64,000 nucleotides of DNA from Squalus acanthias (GCA_030390025.1 CM059425.1:164550001-164614000); one strand, 5' to 3'. Shown: positions 51,523 to 64,000, counted from the first letter of the stretch. Made by a program: numbers and translations. Notes: generated from the letters alone by a model not told the origin.

Positions 51523-52454
51523 TAAAATCGTAATTGAGGCGACACAGAGCATCCTGCAGCAGGTTCGGACCTCAGCGCTCATCTTCTCACTCTTCTGCAG
51601 TCGTGGCTGAAGTGGTAGGAGAAGTCAAATTCAGTTCTTCCAAACTGTAAGTACCACTCTACCAATCAGATATAATACAAGACTTCACTGCAGCTAATGC
51701 ATAAAAAGGTAGTCTCTTGAGGTGTCAGATGGTTCATATCCTGAAACAACATGGGTGTTTCAAGACCTTTATAAGTCATTCAATGTCATTTACTCTTTTG
51801 TTATCTATTGCTTCTCATTTTGTTAACTATTGTTATATGGCCGATTGCAAACATGCCTTTTCACAATCGTACGTGTGTGGATTTGACACCAGATTAAGTA
51901 GGTAGTATTTAGTATCGGTGTCTAACAAAATGTAGGGGTCCCAAACAGAACTTTTGTACGGGGCCCCTACAAGGCAAGCACCACCCCTCAAAAGTAGGAA
52001 AGACTGGTTTTATTACAATTTAGCTGGATGTATTAGGATTTCGAAGGTGAAAATTCAAGACAATCCAAAAAAAAATTATAATTGACACATTTAAATCAGA
52101 ACACAATATGTATGATCTGAAAAGTCATTAATAATATGAACTGAAATTATGCAGGGTGATGTCAAATTTAACAGGATGTTTGAAGAAATCAATATGCAAG
52201 GAAGAAGTCAAAGTAAGTGTGTTAATGTAAATGCACAGAAGTGTTCGTGTCAGGTTGTTAGAATAGCAATGTTGTTGTGTCCACATATTTTCACATTCTC
52301 TGAAATTCTCCATCTTAGGAACTTTGAAAAGGTGACATCGGATTTCTAAAATCATAGCAATAGTTTGGCAAACTGCAAGAAGCTTAAACACAGCTATGAG
52401 GTGCATCAATCAGCAAGACTGTTGTCAAAATGTACATCAAGTTTACAGCACAAA

Positions 52455-54510
52455 ATCAGGCCATTCAGGCCAAATGGTCTATGCCAGTGTTTATGCTCCA
52501 CACGAGCCTCCTCCCATCCCTATCAGCACTTCTATTCCTTTCTCCCGCATGTACTTACCTAGCTTCCCTTAAATGCATCTTTGCCATTCGCCTCAACTAC
52601 TCCTTGTGGTAGCGTATTCCATATTCGTACCACTCTTTGGGTAAAGAAATTTCTCCTGAATTATTAGTGACAATCTTATATTTATGGCGTCTGGTTTTGG
52701 ACAAGTGGAAGCATTTTTTCTGTGTCTACCCTATCAAACTCTTTAATTATCTTAAAAACCTCAATCAGGTCACCCCTCAACCTTCTCTTTTCTAGAGAAA
52801 AGAGCCCGAACCTGTCCTGATAAGTATATAATCTCAGTTCTGGTATCATTCTTGTGAATCTTTGTGACTGGAAGGCTGTTTTCAGTGGGGTTCCGCAGGG
52901 CTCAGTACTGGGTCCTCTGCTTTTTGTGGTATATTTCAATGATTTAGACTTGAATGTAGGAAGTATGATTAATAAGTTTGCAGATGATACAAAAATTGGC
53001 CGTGTGGTTGATAATGAAGGTGGCGGCTGCAGACTGCAGGAAGATAGCAATGGACTGGTCAGGTGGGCAGAACAGTGGCAAATGGAATTCAATCCGGAGA
53101 AGTGTGAGGTAATGCATTTGGGGAGGGCTAACAAGGCAGGAAATACACAATAAATGATAGGATACTGAGAAGTGTAGAGGAACAGAGGGATCTTGGAGTG
53201 CATGTCCACAGATCCCTGAAGGTAGTAGGACAGGTAGATAAGGTGGTTAAGAAGGCATATGGGATACATGCCTTTATTAGCCGAGGCATAGAATATAAGA
53301 GCAGGGAGGTTATGCTTGAACTGTATAAAACACTAGTTAGGCCGCAGCTAGAATACTGCGTGCAGTTCTGGTCACCACATTACAGGAAGGATGTGATTGC
53401 ACTAGAGGGGATGCAGAGGAGATTTACGAGGATATTGCCTGGGCTGGGGAATTTTAGCTATGAGGAAAGATTAGATAGGCTGGGGTTGTTTTCTTTGGAA
53501 CAGAGGAGGCTGAGGGAAGACCTAATTGAGGTGTATAAAATTATGAGGGGCCTAGATAGAGTGGATAGGAAGGACCTATTTCCCTTCGCAGAAGGGTCAA
53601 TAACCAGGGGGCATAGATTTAAAGTAATTGGTCGGAGGTTGAGAGGAGAGTTGAGGAGAATTCTTTTCACCCAGAGGGTGGTGAGGGTCTGGAACTCACT
53701 GCCTGAAAGGGTGGTAGAGGCAGAGACCCTCATCACATTTAAAAAGTACTTAGATATACACTTGAAGTGCCATAACCTACAAGGCTACGGACCAAGTGCT
53801 GGAAAGTGGGATTAGGCTGGATAGCTCTTTGTCAGCCAGCACGGACAAGATGGGCCAAATGGCCTCCTTCTGTGCTGTAAATTTCTATGATTCTATGCAC
53901 CTTTACCAATGCCTCTATATCCTTTTTATATGAAGACCAGAACTGTACACAGTACTCCAAGTGTGGCCTAACCAAGGTTCTATACAAGTTTAATATAATT
54001 TTGTTGCTTTTCAATTCTAACCCTCAAGAAATGAACCCCAATGCTTGGTTTTCTTTTTTTATGGTCTTATTAACCTGTGTTGCTACTTTTAGTGATGTAA
54101 TCACTTTGCTCCTCTACCCCCATGTAGACTCTTATTATCCAAGCAGCATGTGGCATGTTTATTCTTTCTACCAAAATGCACCACCTCACACTTATATTGA
54201 AATTAATTTGCCAATTACACACCCATTTTACAAGTTTATTAATGTCTTCCTGTACTTTGTTGCAATCTTCCTTTGTATTAACTGCACCCTCAATTTGGTG
54301 TAATTTGCAAATTTTGAAATTGTACTTCTGATTCCCAAGTCCAAATAGTTAATGTAAATTGTGAACAACTGTGGTCCCAGCACCAATCCCTGCGGAACAC
54401 CACTTCCTACCTTTTGCGGGCTGCCCTGAACCCCTACTCTCTCTTTTTTGTATTGTAGCCAGCTTTCTATCTATTGTCCCCTAACTCCACATGCTCTGAC
54501 CTTAGTATCA
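52455..54510 (-). mobile_element. Older CR1 3' half interrupted by an opposite-strand CR1
   Basis: NLYRTLVRPHLEYCVQFW (53832 ORF) continues as RFTRMIPELR left of 52860. Confidence 0.8.
52861..53895 (+). mobile_element. 5'-truncated CR1 nested in a CR1
   Basis: [18 protein letters not shown] 53198..53815; TTCTATGA tail. Confidence 0.92.
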
Positions 54511-55944
54511 CTGCTAACATATTTTGATGTGTTTTAAAACAATGTTGATTTGTTTTAACCTACATGCCTATGTCTGATACAATATTGTCCTTGAGACATA
54601 GCGACAACATTGTATCACTGGTAACAGTGAAACTTGACATTGAGCTCAGTGACAGCTGCTACTGGGAGAGAGATAAACACAACCCAGTAATGCCAACTCT
54701 CTCGCACATGCCATTTTTAATTTTTTAAACCGCCCCAACTCACGATGTCGCGAGCCAACTGTAAAAAGTCACGATTTTCCTTTAGAATTTCTCACAGCTG
54801 CGCAGTTCCAGTTTAATGACGAGACGTCATATTCAGCCTCTTCCAAGCCATGCATACGTCCTGTGATTTTGAAAGTCGGGAGGGGGGCCGTGAAACCGGA
54901 TTTTTATTCACTTTAAAGCCCTTAAAGGGGTGAAGCGCGCTCAGACTCCCCGTCCCCTCCTCCTAAAAGGCCCCAGATCGTGCTTATGCCAGCGGTGGCA
55001 GCCGTTCCCGCTGGTGGTGCCGCCGGGGCCGGGGCATTTGCCCTCTTATGTAGTATAATTAGCAACTCTCTTCCATTTGAGCCGGAGAGTACAATGTGGG
55101 TAGGAAGAGGCATACACTACATAATATATAACGGGTTTGTGTTGGTAAGTGCAGGTACCTGTCTCCAAAATTAGCAAAGTTTGAAACAAATTCCATTACC
55201 AGGACTTTAAACGCTCTTCTTGGAAATATGGTGCACAGAAATATATTAGTGCACAGGGTGTAAAATGTGACGATGGTGATGAAAGGTGCCGCCAGATGGG
55301 GCTCGAGTTCAACTTCACTGCGCCGCCGTGCTCTGTCAGCCTCCTGTTGGCCGGCACTGGGCCCAGAGCTGGGGAACTGCTGAGTAACTTCATGGGGAGC
55401 TCGATGAGAAAGTGAATGGCGAGCAGGAGTCCAACCTGGCGTCAGATTAAACGGATGGTCGGGTATTGACTGAGGGGGGAAACTGGGCCCTGAGGCTGAA
55501 AGGTGAGGGGAGCAACTGGGACTAATGATCAATTTGGGGAGACTGTGGGGTGGTTTTGGAGGTGTGGGGTGGGTATCGGGGTAGGTTTGTGGGTTGGGTA
55601 TGGAGTCACTCTGTCGAAGCAAAGGGAGGATTTCGAACCACACCAGACTGCTGCTGCACCGGAAAACAGCTTCAGACTTGAATCCAACCAACCCCCAGCT
55701 TGCCCCATTTTTATTTACATTGAAGTCAATGGGAGAGAATTAAAATGGGCTCACGATCACCCATTTTACAACATCGCAGAAAGTCAAAAATCCACCCCAG
55801 TGAACTAGAACTACCCTCTCACAGCCCAGATTTGGCCGGGGATGGGAGCCCACTCTCTCTCTCTCTCGGTCCAGTACTTACCCTATGGGTGAGATTGGGA
55901 ACCCGTTGCCTGGGGTTCATTGGCTATGGACTTGTGCCAAAACA

Positions 55945-57907
55945 ACAACAACTTGTATTTATATAGCACCTTTAACGTAGTAAAACGTCCCAAAGCGCTA
56001 CACAGGAATATTATAAGACAAAAATTTGACACTGAGCCACATAAGGAGAAATTAGGGCAGATGATCAAAATCTTGCTCAAAGAGGTAGGTTTTAAGGAGC
56101 ATCTTAAAAGGAGGAAAGAGAGGGAGAGAGGCGAAGAGGTTTAGGGAGGGAATTCCCGAGCTTAGGGCCTAGGCAGCTGAAGGCACGGCCACCAATGGTT
56201 GAGCAATTATAATCAGGGATGCTCAAGAGGGCAGAATTGGAGGAGCGCAGATATCTCAGGGAGGTTATAGGGCTGGAGGAGATCACAGAAATAGGGAGGG
56301 GCAAGGCCATGGAGGGATTTGAAAACATGGATGAGAATTTTGAAATCAATGCTTTGCTTTACCGGGGCCAATGTAGGTCAGCGAGCACAGGGGTAATGGG
56401 CGAACGGGACTTGGTGCGAGTTAGGACACGGGCAGCCAAGTTTTGGATAACCTCAAGTTTACATAGGGTAGAGCGAGGGAGACCAACCAGGAGTGCATTG
56501 GAAGAGTCAAATCTAGAGGTAACAAAAGCATGGATGAGGGTTTCAGCAGCGGATGAGCTGAGGCAGGGGCGGAGACGGGCGATGTTACGGAGGTGGAAAT
56601 AGGCAGTCTTAGTTATGCTGCGGATGTGTGGTCGGAAGCTCATTTCAGGGTCAAATATGACACCAAGGTTGCGAACAGTGTGGTTCAGCCTCAGACAGAT
56701 GTTAGGGAGAAGGATGGAGTCAGTGGCTAGGGAACGGAGTTTGTGGTAGAGATCAAAAACAATGGCTTCGGTCTTCCCAATATTTAATTGGAGAAAATTT
56801 CTGCTCATCCAGTACTGGATGTCGGACAAGCAGTCTGACAATTTAGAAACTGTGGAGGGATCGAGAGAAGTGGTGGTGAGGTAGCGCTGGGTGTCATCAG
56901 CGTACATGTGGAAACTGACACTGTGGCCGCGATCTTCCCTCTGGAGATGTGCTGGAGGCGGGACTGCTGGTTTCCGGGTTTCAGTCCCACCCCCAGTGAT
57001 GTCTGACAAACCCACGCTATTTTCCCTTGATTGGCCTTGTTAAGCCCGCTCTGCGGGCTTAGCCGGCCAATTAAAGAAAAACCGGTGACAGATGACGTCA
57101 GCGTATGACACTTTATCTGTCAAAAAACTTTTGACAGATGAGTTGTCAGCATTTGACAGCTTTGAGAAGCTGTCAAACACTGACAATCTCTGTTCTAAGG
57201 TGAGCCCCTGCACAGAAGGCTCACCAAGACCTCACTCCTCAGCAGAAAGCAGATGGCTGCTGCATCTGTGAATGCAGCAGCCATTCTGTCATCTCTGCCG
57301 TTGAGATGAGGCACCTCCGGATCCCCAAGGGTTGAAGCCTGCAGAAAGAAACAAAGGTAAGGAAACTTTTTCCAACTCTTTACACTCACCTCTCATACGT
57401 ACCTGTCCACACTTGCACCCATCACTCCCCTCTACAGCTGACATTTCGACCCCTCTCACCTCCGCAGACCCACTGCTCGCCTCGCTGACACTGGCGAGGT
57501 TCACAGTCGTAAAATGGGGAAAAGCCTCAAAACTGCCTGTTAACAACCTGTTAACAAGCAGTTAATTGGCTCTAATCCCCTTTCTGCTTCGAGGAGACGG
57601 GTCCTTGCACGAGTCGGGGACCTGCCTCCCGGGAAGATGGTTCGGAGGCTGGTTGGGACCCGCTCCCAATTTTTCCCATTTTGCCAGCAGTCCCGCCTCC
57701 TCAGGGCTGGTAAAATCCAGCCCTGTGTTTTCGGATGATGTCGCCAAGGGGCAGCATGTAGATGAGAAATAGGAGGGGGCCAAGGATAGATCCTTGGGGG
57801 ACACCAGAGGTAATGATGCAGGTGCGGGAAGAGAAGCTGCTGCAGGTGATTACAATTAGACAGATAAGTATGGAACCAGGCAAATGTAGTCCCACCCAGC
57901 TGGACGA
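55945..57907 (-). mobile_element. L2-type LINE 3' portion split by a MITE
   Basis: [28 protein letters not shown] | SVSFHMYADDTQ...LADLHW. Confidence 0.9.
56925..57723. mobile_element. Harbinger-type MITE inserted in L2
   Basis: 3-bp TSD TGT at 56922-56924 and 57724-57726; imperfect TIRs GGCCGCGATCTT / AAAATCCAGCCC; removal restores L2 RKHSVSF. Confidence 0.75.
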
Positions 57908-58859
57908 TGCTGACACCTCTGTATCCCAGTGCACCCTGGACATGGTGCCACTCTCCATGCTCCATTTGGTAATGCTTCACCAGCAATGCAACTCCCATGA
58001 ATTAATCATGAGACACGTGATTTTAATGAAAATTTACCCCAACTCACAAAGGGTGGTGATAACGGTTAGGATTAAGTTTTTTGTAAAGCATTTTCAGATG
58101 CAGGAATATCATTTTTGTAAAGAGCTGAGACCTATTAATGATTAAATAAAGCCACTAATGAGGTTTATAAACCAAAAAATACCAAATCATGATTTCTTAC
58201 CAAATCTCATTTTTAAGAGTTTGTCTCATGATTTATGAGATGGTGGGGTTGGCATTACTGCTGCCAACCTAAACTGTAATAACGTAAAGTATAAACAACA
58301 ACAGCTTTCAAGGTAAAAAAAAAAATGGGTTTTGTACATTTTTGGATGGCAAGTTATTTTAGATGTTCCCCTCTCAATTTCCCAGAACCTCAATTCAAGG
58401 CTTCAGCCAAAAGGCAGGCCCTCTGACAATACAGCACCTCCTCAGTACTGCACAGAATTATCAACCTTGGTTAGGTGTGTGCTCAGGTCCAAAATTGGGG
58501 CTTAGTCCCGCAATCTTCTGACTCAGGCAAATGTATGACTACTGAAACAAGCTAAAGAAAATGAATAGGGACAGTAAGCGATGCCTAAAATACCCTCTAC
58601 TGATCATTGAACAGGACGAACAACTATCTATATTGAGATAAAAGGAGTGAATGCAGTGAATTGCTAGGAAACCAATTAAGTGCTTTTTGAAAATAAACCA
58701 CACATCGCAGAGTTAGGTTCCTGTGCTTTCACTCTTAAAAAAAAAGCCCAGGCACCTGGATGCAAGGGTCTGAAAACACAAGCGATTTGCAAAATAATAA
58801 ATGAAAAAAATTCTCCTCGTTTCCCAAGCGTGTTCTTTTCCCGCAAACTGATCGTCATG

Positions 58860-59230
58860 TGGGTAATACTTTAACCCACAGATACTGCACCTGTTATACC
58901 GATGGAAACTCTGCATCTGCTGCCCCTCAGCAGCCACTCGTTGTTTTATTCCTTGACCCGGGAGTCCCGCTGCTCCAAGTCTCAGAGAGCCCTCTGGTGA
59001 GAACACCTCCAGTTTCCGGGTATCCGGGGCTGCTGGTCAGTTTCTCACGTTCTCTCCTGAGCTCGTCAATATCTCACCAGTCTCCAATCTTCCCCATAGG
59101 GCATTAAAATCATTATTTAAAACTGGCCATATATTAAAAAATATATATTAATTTGTGGGTAAAACAAAAGAGTTTGAATGAAAGAAATGTGTATCCGGGT
59201 GTTCGGGAACCGAAAGCCGAAAGTGAAAAT
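58860..59230 (+). promoter_or_regulatory. Candidate first exon/donor and ISRE of a divergent plus-strand gene
   Basis: CpG-enriched unique DNA; donor CTG|GTGAGA at 58997; GAACCGAAAGCCGAAAGTGAAA at 59207-59228; inverted similarity to 36628-36682. Confidence 0.4.
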
Positions 59231-60718
59231 AAAAGTGTTCTTGGCAGCGTGCAGTTCACTGGGTAAAAGCGAGCGGCGAGTCGGTGACTATGAGGGCTTG
59301 AACTGAGCTGCGACCCTGGCTGATACAAGGAATCGTAAGCGAAGAAATAATTAGTATTGTATGGAGTGGACCGTTTGAATCTTAATAATTACAATGTAAA
59401 GGGGACGGGTATAACTTCTGCACCTGGTCCCTTTGGACGAGGACAGTGTATAAGAAAAAGGCACCAAACAATCCATATCGACCGTAATTTCGGGTCTTAA
59501 TAAATATTTGAATCTAATTAATCGACATGTTGATGGAATGTCATTGTAATAGTCCAGTCGTTCAACAGAATTGCAGAGAGGGTTCATGCTGTTTTGCATA
59601 TGTGAGGGTTCAGGGGTCACTTATCCGGAATTGGAGACTTCAGATGCTCCCCTACTTAGACAGGGTTCTACTTTGCTTTCTCCTTACCTGTGTGGTTTGG
59701 AAATTAAAAGCTCAGTAATGTCTGGTTGAGATGCTTGTCCACATCTTGTTTCTAAAGTAGGGACAAATAACGATGCAAAGAGCCATCAGTTTGATTAATT
59801 GCAGTATTTGCTACAGAGGGTTAACTTAGAGCTGAATACATAATTAAGGCGTGGAATACATATAATATATCAGGACTGCCATAACTTTGTAGTGCAGATG
59901 AGTCTGTTGTTTCTGACTGAAATCCCTCTTATACAAGTGTTATATGTTCGAGTATTTGAGAGGTATCGTGATAAACAGTTTTACTGCTGAATCTCAAGTG
60001 CCAACCCAAGTCAGCTGTGGTAACCCCTTCAATACTGTGTACTTAGACTTCCAAAAGGTATTTGATAAATTTCCACGCAAAAGGTTACTAGTTAAGCTCA
60101 AAGCTGTGACAATTTAGGACAGCCCTCTGCTTTGGTGGCACTGTACTAGGGGGTCCTGGGTTTTGGCAACACCAGGTGTGGGAGCCTGAGGTTTCGCAAA
60201 CTGGGAAGTGGGATGTGGCACACCGGTGGATTCCTAGTAACTGCCCATGGTTAGGGGAAGGACACAGCATAGGCCTGACAGCACCTGAGGGATCCCAATT
60301 TTAGTGTACTGGTTTGTAAATTTCTACAACAGCTCTATAAATATTGAATTCAGTATTTTGTAATTGCTTGCTGGATGTCTGACTGTCTGTCTCCTGCACA
60401 CATAGCTGTCAGTAATTAGAATCTTTACATTTTCTAACAGTGATGCTAATCAGAGCCTGCTAGTTTGAGAAACCTTCACAGTTCAATTTAAATATTATTT
60501 ATTTTGGTGAGGAAAAATAACTCAAATTAAGACTGTGTCTCTCTCTTGCTCTCTTTCTTTCCGCTTGACATGCTTTCTGAAGTAAAAAAAGAGTATCTTT
60601 TATCTAAAATTAGTTGTAAACCTATTCAAATTCATTGTCCCATTTTGTGTTCAAATCATTTTCAAAAACACACAAACTGAAATACTGCTATATGTAGAGA
60701 CAATTAGTCTTCTGAGAA

Positions 60719-63700
60719 AACATAGAAACATAGAAGATAGGAGCAGGAGTAGGCCATTCGGCCCCTCGAGCCTGCTCCACCATTCGATGAGATCATGGCT
60801 GATCATCCAAACTCAGTACCCTGTACCTGCCTTCTCCCCATATCCCTTGATACCTTTAGCTTTAAGAAATATATCTAACTCATTCTTGAATATATTTAAT
60901 GACTTGGCCTCAACTACCTTCTGTGGTAGAGAATTCCACAGGTTCACCACTCTCTGGGTGAAAAAATTCATCCTCATTTCTGTCCTAAATGGCTTACCCC
61001 TTATCCTTAGATTATGACCCCTGGTTCTTGACTCTCCGACCATCGGGAACATTCTTCCTGCATCTAGTTTGTCCAGACCTGTCAGAATTTTATATGTTTC
61101 AATGAGATCCCCTCTCATTCTTCTATACTCCAGCGAGTATAAGCCCAATCGACCCAATTTCTCCGCAAATGTCAATTCCTGCCATCCCAGGTATCAGCCT
61201 TGTGAATCTTCGCTGAACTCCTTCCATGGCAAGAACATCCTTCCTCAGATAAGGCGACCAAAACTGCACACACTACTCAAGGTGTGGTCTCACCAAGGCC
61301 CTGTACAACTGCAGCAGGACATCCCTGTTCCTATACTCAAACCCTTTCGCTATGAAGGCCAACATACCATTTGCCTTCTTCACCGCCTGCTGCACCTGCA
61401 TGCTTACTTTCAGCGACTGGTGCACAAGGACACCCAGGTCTCGTTGCACTTCCCCTTTTCCCAATCTATTGCCATTCAGATAATAGTCTGCCTTCCTGTT
61501 TTTGACACCAAAGTGGATAACCTCACATTTATCCACGTTATATTGCATCTGCCACGCTTCTGCCCAATCACCCAACCTGTCCAAATCATCCTGGTATAGT
61601 CGATTTGTGGAGCCATCTCAGCATTAGTCCCTCCTCGTAAAACCAGCTCTGATGGAGAAGCAGCAAAGAGTACACATGGAATAGAGACCTGCATTAATAG
61701 ACAGACGCTCTGGGTCACCCAGCTTTGTGTCATCTGCAAACTTGGAGATATTACATTTAGTTCCCTTATCTAGATCATTAATGTATATTGTAAATAGCTG
61801 GGGTCCAAGGACCGATCCCTGCGGTACCCCACTAGACACTGCCTGCCACTCGGAAAAAGACCCATTAATTCCTACTCTCTGCTTTCTATCCACCAACCAG
61901 TTCTCTATCCAAGTCAATACCTTGCCCCCAATCCCATGTGCCTTAACTTTACACACTAATCTCTTATGCGGGACCTTATCGAAAGCCTTTTGAAAGTCCA
62001 AATACACCACATCTACTGGTTCTCCCTTATCTATTTTCCCAGTTACATCCTCAAAAAATTCCAGTAGATTAGTCAAGCACGATTTACCTTTTGTAAATCC
62101 ATGTTGACTTTGTCCGATCCTGTCACTGTTTTTCAAGTGCTCAGCTATTACATCCTTTATAATGGACTCTAGCATTTTCCCCACTACCGATGTCAGGCAT
62201 ACCTGCCTGTAATTCCCCGCATTCTCTCTACCACCCTTTTTGAATAGTGGGGTAACATTAGCTACCCTCCAATCCATGGGTACAGTTCTAGATTCCATCG
62301 AATATTGGAAGATGATCAGCAATGCATCTACTATTTCTAGAGCCACTTCCTTAAGTACCCTAGGATGTAGATTATCAGGCCCTGGGGATTTATCGGCCTT
62401 CAATCCCGTCAATTTCCCTAACACCATTTCCCTGCAAATACTGATTTCATTCAGTTCCTCCCTTTCATCAGACCCTATGTTCTCCAACATCTCTGGGAGG
62501 TTATTTGTGTCCTCCTTTGTGAAGACAGAACCAAAATATGCATTTAATTGGTCTGCCATTTCTTTGTTCCCCATTATAACTTCCCCCGCTTCTGACTGCA
62601 AGGGACCTACACTTGATTTCACTAATCTTTTTCTCTTCACATATCTATAAAAGCTCTTACAGTCAGTTTTTATGTTCCCAGAAAGCTTACTTTCATATTC
62701 TATTTTCCCCTTCTTAATTAATCCCTTTGTCCTCCTTTTGTTGAATCCTAAACTGCTCCCAATCCTCAGGGTTACCGCTTTTTCTGGCCAATTTATATGC
62801 CCTCTCCTTGGATCTTATGCTATCCCTAATTTCCCTTGTTAGCCACGGTTGAGTCACCCTTTTTGTTTTATTCTTATGCCACACTGGGATGAACAAATTC
62901 TGTAGTTCATCCATGCAGTCTTTGAATGTTTGCCATTGCCTATCCACCGTCAACCCTTTGAGTGACATTACCCAATCAATCCTACCCAATTCACACCTCA
63001 TACCATCGTAGTTTCCTTTATTTAAATTCAGGACCCTAGTCTCTGATTCAACTACTTCACTCTCCATCCTAATGAAGAATTCTATCATATTATGATCACT
63101 CTGACCCAAGGGGCCTCGTACAACAAGATTGCTAATTAATCCTTTCTCGTTACATAATGCCCAGTCTAAGATGGCCTGATCTCTGGTTGGTTCCTCGACA
63201 TATTGTTCCAGAAAACCATCCCGTAAACATTCTAGGGATTCCTCCTCCACAGTATTTTTACTAATTTGGTTAGCCCAATCTATATGTAAATTGAAGTCAC
63301 CCATGATGACTGCTGTGCCCTTACTGCATGCTTCTCTAATTTCCCTTTTAATGCCGTCCCCAACCTCCGTATTACTGTTTGGAGGTCTAGATACCACTCC
63401 CACTAATGTTTTCTGCCCCTTGTTATTTCTCAGTTCTACCCATACAGATTCTGCATCATCAGAGCTAATATCCTTCCTTTCAATTGTGTTAATCCCCTCT
63501 TTAACCAGCAATGCTACTCCACCTCCCTTTCTTTTTTGCCTATCTTTCCTAAACATTGAATACCCCTGGATGTTGAGTTCCCAGCCTTGGCCACCCTGGA
63601 GCCATGTTTCTGTAATCCCAATCAAATCGTATTCATTTACCTCTATTTGCGCAGTTAATTCATCCACCTTGTTCTGAATGCCCCTTGCATTAAGACACAA

Positions 63701-64000
63701 AGCCTTCAGGCTTGTTTTTTTAATGCTCTCAGACCTATATGAATTATTATTTACTGTGACCATGTTTGATTTAAACCATTGAGTTCTTTGCCTTCTACTT
63801 TTGTTTTTCTCCTTCCTGTCTTTTGCTTTTATCCTTGTTTCCCTTTCCTCTGTCTCCCTGCTCAGGTTCCCAACCCCCTGCCACTTTAGTTTAAACCCTC
63901 CCCAACAGCACTAGCAAACACTCCCCCTAGGACATCGGTCCCGGCCCTGCCCAGGTGCAGACCGTTTGTACTGGTCCCACCTTCCCCAGAACCGGTTCCA
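60719..64000 (-). mobile_element. Young CR1 LINE, near-identical to 28860-32032, continuing past the window end
   Basis: ORFs 62714..63763, 61624..62640, 61273..61584 and 60813..61175 match the plus-strand copy almost residue for residue. Confidence 0.96.
61593..61709 (-). pseudogene. RTCA: Captured 39-codon fragment of RNA 3'-terminal phosphate cyclase inside a CR1
   Basis: Translates [39 protein letters not shown] (within ORF 61476..61739), nearly identical to vertebrate RTCA as I recall it. Absent from the sister CR1 at 31125-31158. Confidence 0.85.

Noticed and set aside
55059..55691. 210-aa proline-rich minus-strand ORF
   Set aside because: No recognisable domain; lies in GC-skewed, probably repeat-derived DNA.
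58713..59107. ORFs over the candidate plus-strand promoter
   Set aside because: No recognisable protein similarity, and no LNPEP- or ERAP2-like coding start seen.
32033..60718. The two young CR1s as one recent inverted segmental duplication
   Set aside because: Sequence beyond their 3' tails is unrelated.
61593..61709. Functional link between the RTCA fragment and nearby hammerheads (both involve 2',3'-cyclic phosphate)
   Set aside because: The fragment is 39 codons, out of frame and in a different element; nothing suggests more than coincidence.
994..63677. Recurrent 100-230 aa ORFs such as ...SSGTSPVAREVLKI... and ...CGTLSKAF
   Set aside because: Antisense shadows of CR1 ORF2, not genes.

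Overview
Eukaryotic, repeat-rich vertebrate DNA, most likely a cartilaginous fish (inferred from the HE1-type V-SINE, SacSINE1-type Deu-SINE and CR1/L2/Penelope families). The only host gene I can build is the 5' half of ERAP1 (M1 zinc aminopeptidase) on the minus strand: six GT-AG coding exons between 26318 and 5589 with the GAMEN and HELAH...E motifs. Its probable non-coding first exon and ISRE-bearing promoter lie near 36.7-37.0 kb. A mirrored promoter/donor near 59.0 kb may start a divergent plus-strand gene. The rest is nested mobile DNA: CR1 and L2 LINEs, Penelope elements with minimal hammerhead ribozymes, PIF/Harbinger relics and MITEs, SINEs and a solo LTR. Top observations: (1) a 39-codon piece of RNA 3'-phosphate cyclase (RTCA) captured inside a young CR1; (2) two different Harbinger-type MITEs at the same nucleotide of two CR1 copies; (3) a near-perfect 179-bp palindromic double-hammerhead mini-element with a TSD; (4) mirrored first-exon sequences bracketed by an inverted CR1 pair. 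All homology calls are by eye or from memory; no searches were run, and repeat edges without a TSD are approximate.
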